NCBI GenBank assembly: GCA_963575745.1
Contig: CAUYUJ010000328.1
Span: 62,001-115,308, forward strand
Length of the DNA stretch: 53,308 nucleotides
Reading direction: 5' to 3'
Source of the DNA: Prorocentrum cordatum
Lineage: Eukaryota
Positions within the stretch are counted from its first letter, which is position 1; each line of letters starts with the position of its first letter. Positions 45,267 to 53,308 of the stretch are shown here, in pieces. Position numbers and translations under genes: made by a program. The notes under the pieces are model-generated. The model saw only the letters and a program-made list of their open reading frames with translations. It was not told where the DNA came from and ran no database searches.

Positions 45267-47791
45267 TCAGCTGCTACCGCGGCCGCGACCACGGCCACGC
45301 CTGCGAGAGCCCCTCGGGTCAAGGCCGCTCTTGCTGATCTTCTCGGACAACACCTCCGCCTCCATGTTCGCAAACTTGCGCAGCGTCTCGCGGTAGTCCT
45401 GGCTCGGCTCCTCCACGAGATAGACCTCGAGGGCGTCTTCCCCGTCATCCCACTTGCCCAGCACGCTCGGGCATGACCTTGCGATCTCGCGGAGCACTGC
45501 GACGCCGATCTTGGGGATCTGCCTCTCCCTCTGCTCCTTGCCGGTGAACAAACCGAACACTTGGTGCGTCTTCGTCCTGTATGGCGATGTTCCCTCTTCC
45601 CCTGTTTTGACGGCCTTCAGGAGCATGCGGCGCGCGATCTCTGTCGTCTTCACGTTTGCGACCGCGGTGATGCCGTCGACGTCCTTGTCGCCAGCCCTGA
45701 ACACCGCGTCTTCGAGGTCGGCCGCCTGCAGCTCCGTTGGGGGAACCACGGGGTCCAGGATGCTCATGTCCTCCCTGAAGGCGTCGCGAATGCCTCGGGG
45801 GTGCCGAATGAGCCACTGGCAGGAAATGCCAAAGCTTTTTGCGCCATTCTGGGGCCACTTGGGCCCCGTCGGGCCCCACAGGGGGGCGCCCTGGACGCCG
45901 CGGGCCCCCCTGGTGCTCCTCTGCCCCCCTCCCCCCCCGCTGGCCAGCGGCACTTTCTGCAACGCCCGAATGCCGTCCAGGATGCCAGACAGCCTGAAGG
46001 CCCGTTCGAAGTGTTCGTCCTCGATGACCCACGGGAGCTCGCGGTACACCTGCGGGACTTGCCCCCGCATCACGTCCGCGAGGAAAAGGCCCGAGGCGAG
46101 CATGCCTAACTTCCAAGGCCCGATCCCGTGCTCCGCACCCTTGTCGGCATCGTTCTCATCGCGGGCCTTCTTGACGAGCATGTTGTAATAAGTGGAGTAG
46201 CTCAAGAAGGCGCCGCGGGCTTTGTCCGAGAGCTCCAGGGCGCAGCGCGGGCCCTTCTGAGAGCAGTGTTCAACGAGGACCTCCGCCCGCTTGCCGAGGT
46301 TGAGGCGGTCTGGAATTTCGATGTCCCGCTTCGGGAGGTTCCACTGCGGAACGTAGACGCCCTGCTCGTACTTCATGCGCACGGGCACGTCGACGCCGTC
46401 GGGGAGAGTGTGCGTCACTCCGTGGACAGACGGGACGTACTCGGGAATGTCCACCTCCTCGCCCTCGTCCTCGTCCTCGCCCTCGTCGTCGGGCATGAAG
46501 TGCGACCTGAACGCCGTCGCGCTGATGAGCGCCTTCCCGCAGCCGATGGACCCCCAGATGGTCTTGGGCACTGGCACCCAGTTGCTCCGAGAAGGCAAGC
46601 CCTCGATCTCCTCGTACTGCTCGCGCGGCTGCACGGGGAGGCCCGTGCAGACGAGGAGCCGCGCCTTTGCCTGACACCCGTGATCCCCACGATCGCCCCT
46701 CAACATCTCGATCGCTGGGGTTGGATGAAAGTTCCCGAGAATGGTTGTCGAGACTGGGAGGCAATCACGTCCGCCGTGGGCACCATTGCTCTTTGTCTCG
46801 TGATCGCTCTTCCCGCACTGGGCCAGGCGGTTAAACCACCCAGCCAGTGGGGTTTGTCCCGAGCCTGGCCCCTCGGACGCCTTTTTCTCGTTGGGCTTAT
46901 CGAGAATGCTCAAGTCCTGGAGGAATTGATACACTTCGTCGTAGACCAACGCCTGTCCGAACCAAATGCGCCCCTGCATCCCAGGGGAAGTGGCCAGTGC
47001 CTTCTCGGCCTCGTCAAGGTCGCTGAGCTCGCGGTTGACCCACTCGGGCGACAGGGCGGGGAGCTTCTGGACGATCTTCGTCTGGCGGACGAGGCTGTAG
47101 TCACCTGCGCAGCGTTCCCGCGCGCGCTCGATCGTCCCGCCCAGGAATGCGAGGGACCAGATGCCAGGAAATGAAGGATAGGATGGCTCGGTCGGCTCAT
47201 CTGCGGCGCCCTGGGCAGGCAGGGTGTCGGCGTCATGCACGGCCGCGCCATCGCCGCCAGCCCTCCGCTTCTTGGCTTTCTCGAGGTCCTTCAGGAAGAC
47301 CGCCTTGGCCTCGAACACCAGCCGGTTGCGCTTCATGCGTTGCTTGTCGGCGTACCCGATGCAGTCCTCGGCCAAGTTCGCGAGGCGGCTCTTCCGGCTC
47401 TGCGAGTGGTTCACGTTGAGCAGGACCAGGCACAAGGGGTCTGGCGTGCCCCAGAGGTCCACCTTCCGACTAGCCACGACTGGGGGAGCTGCGCGCCCCA
47501 CCCCTCTCTGGGAGGGCCCAACGCGTCGGCGATCTCTCGAAAGGGGCGGCGAAGGATCGCGGCTCCCCCAGTTTTGGCCAGCGTGACCTGGGCCCCGTTG
47601 CTCAATGCTGGAATGATGCCCAAGGAGTACATGAAGATCGGGAACGCGGGGTGGCTGCTCTTGACCGAGTTGTAGTGGGCCGCTTCGTACCCAGTATTCC
47701 CCGCGATGAACCTGCCATGTTCCTCCCACTGCGCCTGCACATAGTGCCCGACCTTGCGCATGAGGTCGCAGTGCAACTTGGAAGCCGCCAT
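45267..47791 (-). CDS. DUF3987-like P-loop NTPase (helicase-like), 3 exons
   Basis: Exons 47791-47588, 47462-45974, 45793-45267; LVLLNVNHSQSRKS (Walker A-like), LVYDE (Walker B), ILGNFHP, KARLL; GT-AG intron of 125 nt restores the frame; GC-AG intron of 180 nt. Confidence 0.65.
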
Positions 47792-48239
47792 GGCAGCGAG
47801 AGGGGCGCGCGGGGCAATCGGGGGCCCGACCGCGAAGGCAGCGGTGCAGGCTCGGGCCAGCGCTATTGCAGCCGCGGGTGGCAGCGGCAACGACGGGAGC
47901 GCGAATGCAGCGGTCGGACGATGCTGGCGGCAATTCCATGGGCTGGGGGGGCCGAGAGCCGCTGACGAACTTTCCGACGTGCTGGCGGGAACAATCCAAT
48001 GGACACTCAAAACCCAGGGCGGCCTCGACGCGGCCCCTCATGGCGCGGCCTAGCGCCTCACCCATCCGAACAGCGTCGACACGCGCACCTGGCGAACAGG
48101 GCGCGGCTTGCCTGATCGATCGCGAACTGGCTCGCCCGACCCTCCGACGATCGGAAGGCCCCGTAGAGATCCGATCAGCCCGCCGTCCGATCAGCGACGC
48201 CCGCCAGATACTGGCAAGGCCGACGATTGCACCTCGATT

Positions 48240-48518
48240 CGGCTCGCCTCGGGGCCCTACCATCTGGCGCCACGGCTCGTCCTGCACGGGGGTTCCGTCG
48301 GCGTCCACGATGCGGAGCGGCGAGCGCGCCGCCTCGTCCATGGCCGCGCTCAGGCGGTGCTTGAGGTCCTTCATAGTCTCCAACCACGGGATGGAGACGG
48401 GGCCCGCCAGCTGGATGCCGCTGGCGGCGTCCGTGGCCACAACCACTGCGTGGTCGTCCCAATGGTCGAAGAGGCTGATGGACACGCGGCGCACCCTCCG
48501 GCCGAATAGCGTCGACAT
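48240..48518 (-). CDS. Small ubiquitin-like (beta-grasp?) domain, copy 2; end uncertain
   Basis: GPVSIPWLETMKDLKHRL...RIVDADGTPVQDEPWRQ; paralogous to 48604-48942. Confidence 0.4.
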
Positions 48519-48603
48519 GTGGACCTAGCGGGCATTTTTTGGGGGTGGCAACTGCAAACGGCATGGTTGAGGAGACCCGCCCGCGATCGGGAAGATCGGC
48601 CGA

Positions 48604-48942
48604 TCAGCCTGCGGCAGAGATGTGGCAGACCAGCGGCGCCCGCACATTGTTGAGCGCACGGCCTGGCGCAAGCCGATTCGGGCTGTCTGAGAGCCCGGCG
48701 TTTTGGCGCCACGGCACGTCCTGCACGGGCGCACCGTCGACGTCCACGATGCGGATCGCCGAGCGTGTCGCTGGACTCATGGATGCCTGCAGCCGAATCT
48801 TTAACTCTTTGACGGTGTCGCTCCACAGGATGGCCACGGGACCACCCGCCTGGTCCCCGGTGTTCACGTTAGTGGCTGCAACGAGCGCGTAGTCGTGCAG
48901 GGAGTCGACAAGGCGCACGGAAGCCATGCAAGGCACCGCCAT
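48604..48942 (-). CDS. Small ubiquitin-like (beta-grasp?) domain, copy 1
   Basis: GPVAILWSDTVKELKIRL...RIVDVDGAPVQDVPWRQ; conservative amino-acid changes versus copy 2. Confidence 0.4.
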   Translation of the reverse strand: MAVPCMASVRLVDSLHDYALVAATNVNTGDQAGGPVAILWSDTVKELKIRLQASMSPATRSAIRIVDVDGAPVQDVPWRQNAGLSDSPNRLAPGRALNNVRAPLVCHISAAG

Positions 48943-49619
48943 TCCCAGACGGAGGGTCCGTGAGCAGCTGGGCGGGGATATCGTAAATGTCTGCTGGGCT
49001 GACGCTCAGCTACTTGAGCCAACCGCGAGCAGCTGGATACAGGGGTGGTTGTGGATCTCTGCCGTCGGCAGCGCATGCATACCACACGTCTAAGCATAAC
49101 GGGTACATGCTTGCACAGTGATGTATGCAACTTATTAACCACCAAATAAACTTATGCACAAACAGAACGAAACACGCATGAAATACTCATATGTGTCGTA
49201 ACCGCTGTGTCCGAACACGTTGCGCTATGGAAGAGGCAGGGGGCACAACGCGTTAACAACATTTGAAATAACGAAAAATGAAGGCGCCGTTTTGTTCAAT
49301 CACGCTGCCAGGTAAGAGCTGCAGCGTGCAGAATGTATTGTTTTTTGCATATGAAAACGCCCAAAACAGCCGAACAACAACTTATGTTGTTTTGTGTTTG
49401 TTTGTCGTGCTGTTTTGCTTACTTTTTCATGCAAAAAACAATGTATTCTGCACGGACCAGACTCCATGTGGCAGCGTGATTGAACAAAATGACGCCTGAT
49501 ATTATTGTAGATTTTTGTGATAAGCTCACATGTGCTATGCACGCGGCGACGTCCATGCGGCAGCGCGGCTGGACGACGCCATCACATCTCACTGTTAACA
49601 CCGCCTTCTCACTACAAGG

Positions 49620-50240
49620 GATCTGGAACACCAGGGATCAGGTAACACAGAAACAAACAATTATTCGTTGTTCTTAAATCTGCTATTTTGCCTGGTCCCT
49701 GGGCCCTGGGAGAGACGTCCGGGCCCAGGATATGGAAAACCAGGGATCAGGCAAACAGCAAACTTCTTAGAAATTTGAAACATGTTTATAAATCTGCTAT
49801 TTTGCCTGGGCCCTGGGTCCTCGGATCGCAACTTGGGCCCAGGATCTGGGAAATCAGGGATCAGGCAAAATAGCAAAATTTTGAAAATTTTTAAAATTTT
49901 TAAAAATCTTGCTATTTTGCCTGGGCCCTGGGCCCTCGGATCGCAACTTGGGCCCAGGATCTGGGACACCAGGGATCAGGCAAAATAGCAACATTTTTAA
50001 ACATTTTCATTTTTTTTTTAAAAAAAAAAAATGCTATTTTGCCTGGGCCCTGGGCCAGCGGATCGCAACTTGGGCCTAGGATCTGGGAAATCAGGGATCA
50101 GGCAAAATAGCACAACTTTTAATTTTTTTTTTTTTTTAAAAAAACATTTTAAAAAAAATTGCTATTTTGCCTGGGCCCTGGGCCCTCGGATCGCAACTTG
50201 GGCCCAGGATCTGGGAAATCAGGGATCAGGCAAAATAGCA
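49620..50240. repeat. ~115-128-bp tandem array: ~80-bp GC-rich unit with 14-bp terminal inverted repeat plus A/T-run spacers
   Basis: TGCTATTTTGCCTG...CAGGCAAAATAGCA at about 49681, 49795, 49910, 50032, 50160. Confidence 0.9.
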
Positions 50241-50800
50241 AGATTTTTAAATTTTCAAATTTTTTTAAAAAATTCTGCCTCCCCCCTCAATTTTTTTTTT
50301 AAAAAAAGAAAATCCCCGCCTTCTCAGAATGGTTGCTATTTCTGTTCATCCTGGGAGTCTACAATCCAATACGTTGAACGTCATTCGGGGGCGTCGCAAA
50401 GCCGAAGCATAAGCAGCAGGAAAACAGAAGCTGGGGACTCGCCGCTTGGGGGTGCATCCGAAGGGGGCGGGGGGGGTGGCTGGGAAGTGATGCTGGTCGG
50501 CCGTACTGGGGGGGGGAGACAGAAACCCAGGACATGTGGAGAAATAATCCTGGGGAATCCTTTTATTTCTGTGCGTCTTTCTCTGCGTGTCCTGGGGCCC
50601 CCTTTCCTTCTCGTCGCCCCTGCTGCCCCCGCTCTTGCGGCAGGGAGGCTCGGGCCGCCGGCGCTCCACGGCGGCTCCCGCCTCTCCGGCCCACGCCCCG
50701 CGGGCGCGCGGGGCGTGGGCGGGGCGCGGTTCGTATGGGGCCTTGGCCTCTCACGCCCTTCTAGTCTTACCTTGATTTGAACGTATTTTTTAAGCTTTGG

Positions 50801-51034
50801 TCTAGGCCTCCTAGATGGGGTCGGAGTAGATGGGGTCGAAAGATCTCGCCGCATCGCCGATGCATCGCCGATGCATCGGCGATGCGGCTCGATGTGGGGC
50901 CCGATTTGCTCCACGCCGACGTCGCGGAAATATTGCCGACGTCGCCAGTGCATGGCCGATGCATCGCCGATGCATCGGCGATGCGGCGAGATCTTTCGAC
51001 CCCATCTACTGCGACCCCATCTAGGAGGCCTCTA
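50801..51034. mobile_element. Hairpin MITE with TTTGG TSD; diverged relatives at about 9300-9473 and 18315-18380
   Basis: aggcctcctagatggggtcg...cgaccccatctaggaggcct near-perfect palindrome; tttgg at 50796-50800 and 51035-51039. Confidence 0.8.
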
Positions 51035-52509
51035 TTTGGTATTTCGATGTGGTCGGCAATCGGTTTCAATAAAAACAAGTGTGGTTGTTTATATTTGGAT
51101 AGCAGGTGAAATTAGCCTGGGCCTCTCACGCCCCTCTGGTGGTCGTGCGCGCGCGGCCACGTCTGGTGAGGGCACAGGGCAGCTTCTAACGCATGGGATG
51201 TTTTTAAGAATAGAGGATCTTTCATACATGATTCACTTATGGAAAACATGTACGCGTGAACTCATCGTTGTTTTTAGTGCTAACTCCATGCATTGTTTAC
51301 ACATGACCCGCACGCGGAGCATGTATTTAAAACGGCACTCCCCCCCCCCTCCCCCCCCCCTCTCTTCGGGCCAGTGCGCTTTCCTCATTCCTCCGACTGG
51401 AGGGGGGGCGGGGGCCTCGTTGGGCGGGTTCTGGGTGGGCCTTCGGGGCGACCCGGGCAATGCTCGCGTCACACACAGAGGCAACATCCGGGCGGGAGGT
51501 TTTGGTTGCCGTTTCCGGCTTTGGGGGCCCTTGACGGGCCCCAGCGCCGTCCCAAAACGATTCGGGATGGAAAGCGGGTCCCAGGGGAAATGCCGGGACT
51601 CCCAGGGGCCCGCGTCGAAAAATCAGGATCGCTTCGATCGCGCACGTCAGGGGAGGGAGCGGGCGGGCGCCGTGTTCCCTTCTGCCCCGAGTGTGCTCCG
51701 TGTCCCGCGCTGCAGATCGGGGCAGCCCTGTGGCGCGCCTGTCCTCCTCCCTCGCCCCACAGAGCGTCCGAGGACCCCGGGAGTCCCAGGCCCACCGCAA
51801 GATTCCCCACCCCGCTCAGCGCAGAGCAGCTATGGAGCCTACGGGTAGCACATTGCTGGTCGCAGCTTTGTGCGGCCGTCTGTTTACACTCCTTTGGGCC
51901 TCCACGTCCAAGAGGGAACGGTTATCTACTCTAGACCCCCGCGCAGAAACGCAGTATAATATCGTGATGCGTATACAGACAGACAGATAAAGAGAGAGAG
52001 AGAGAGAGAAGAAGAGAGAGAGAGAGAGAGAGAGAAAAAGAGAGAGAAAGAGAGAGAGAGAGAGAGACAGTAGAGCACCACGCGCCCACATCCCACCATC
52101 TCCACATCACCTTCGCCATCACCCCCCATTGTCCTCGCATGCAGTCCTCCCCGCCCGCGGCCGCACCGATCGTCGCCGCCCATCGCCCCCGCCCGCCTCG
52201 CCCCCTCGTCGCCATGACTCCCATCATCCCCGCCACCAACGGCCCACAAACTCTTCCACACCATGAAGGACCACCTCAGCCGTGGTGGCCGTTTGTCCGC
52301 GGCGCGCCACGGTGCCGCGTGCGCCGCGCGCCGCGCCCACGCCGAGCTCCTCTGGTCTGCTGGTCGTTTTTCTCTGCTGATCCGTGATCCTCACCGCCGC
52401 CCTCGGCCCCGACCACCCTCGCTCTCACCGATCCCCGTCCCCACGCCTTTGTGGGCCCCGGAAACGGCAGGGCCGTTTGTTCAACGTTTCCAAATCAATC
52501 TCCCTTGAA

Positions 52510-52720
52510 AATGGAAACGGCCAAAAAACGGCGACCCGAAACGGCCAAAAAACGGCTCCAGGATGGGAACCGGAGCTGGAACCGGTACAAACACGGCGTC
52601 GGAACCGGTAGAAAAACGGCGTCGGAACCGGTAACAAAAACGGCAAAGCGGAACCGGTAACAAAAACGGCGTCGGAACCAATAACAAAAACGGCAAAGCG
52701 GAAGCGGTAACAAAAACGGC
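52510..52720 (+). repeat. ~25-30-bp tandem repeat (aaaaacggcgtcggaaccggtaac)
   Basis: Direct reading. Confidence 0.8.
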
Positions 52721-53097
52721 CCTGTCGTTTCTAGGGCCCACTAAGCTCCTGAGGCCTCGTAGGGCCTCCTGGGGCCTCCTGGGGGCCTCCTGGGGCCTCC
52801 TGGTGCCCCCTGGCATTTCCTATGGCCTCCTGAGGCCTCCTGCGCCCTCGACCGCGCCCTCGCCCGTTCTCGCCCCGCTCCCTCGCCACCGCCACCCCGG
52901 GCCCGCATCGGCGCCCGCCGGGGCGAGAAGCCGGCGGCTCTCCCCATCGCCGAAGGGCGCCCCCCCCCCCACCCACCCCCCGGCCCCCGGTGTCGGGGGC
53001 GGCCGGGAGGAACGAGGAGGGAGGAAGGAGGAGGGAGGAACGAGGAGGAGGAGGAGGAGGGAGGAAGGAGGAGGAGGGAGGGGGAGGGAGGAGGAGG

Positions 53098-53308
53098 GAT
53101 GATGAGGAGGAGGAGGGCTGATGATGATGCCGCTGCTGCTGCTGATGATGATGATGCTGATGATGCTGCTGATGATGAGGTTGATGATGATGCTGCTGCT
53201 GCTGATGATGCTGATGCTGATGCTGATGATGCTGATGCTGATGCTGACGCTGCTGCTGATGGACATGGTGAGCATGGTGGTGATGATGCTGCTGCTGCTG
53301 CTGCTGCT
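53098..53308. repeat. (GAT/GCT)n microsatellite running off the window
   Basis: Direct reading. Confidence 0.9.

Larger units (their letters stand above)
41935..49565 (-). mobile_element. Mutator-like DNA transposon with degenerate long TIRs and cargo genes (outer ends approximate)
   Basis: Inverted similarity between about 41935-42240 and 49260-49565, sharing TTTGTTCAATCACGCTGCCA (4 copies); encloses a MULE-type transposase; no TSD found. Confidence 0.6.

Noticed and set aside
45267..48518. Single 1083-aa protein as in the ORF track
   Set aside because: The coding-like frame switches at 47588/47462; a three-exon model starting at ATG 47791 fits motifs and splice signals better
49620..50240. 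CRISPR array
   Set aside because: Repeats of ~80 bp are too long, spacers are low-complexity A/T runs, there are no cas genes and the context is eukaryotic

Overview
Eukaryotic, GC-rich, repeat-dense DNA, almost certainly dinoflagellate: a perfect 22-nt dinoflagellate spliced leader lies at 17771-17792 (-), and there are GC-AG / AG|G intron signatures and long (GGA)n and (TA)n tracts. Most of the ORF track is spurious translation of microsatellites and MITEs. Four informative blocks, all on the minus strand: (1) An intact 8.1-kb Ty1/copia LTR retrotransposon (27209-35341) with apparently identical 286-bp LTRs, a TCCGG target-site duplication and a tRNA-iMet-type PBS. It is unusual in five ways: a C5-DNA-methyltransferase-like domain before the integrase; an in-frame UAG followed by an 8-nt spacer and stem (readthrough-like signal) between gag-PR and pol; an overlapping +1-frame ORF with two Cys/His motifs; TC...GA termini instead of TG...CA; and a polypyrimidine tract where the PPT should be. 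(2) A multi-exon gene (about 38189-40395) whose motifs resemble the phage 5-hydroxymethyluracil DNA kinase helical domain (aG/PT-PPlase clade 1). (3) A ~7.6-kb Mutator-like element (about 41935-49565) with degenerate, internally palindromic TIRs, carrying a DDE transposase, an intron-containing DUF3987-like P-loop gene and two tandem ubiquitin-like ORFs. (4) A spliced-leader-capped, decayed cDNA-like insert in a (CCT)n tract (16808-17792). The remainder is MITEs, a foldback element, minisatellites and microsatellites. All domain calls come from motif recognition by eye; no searches were run.
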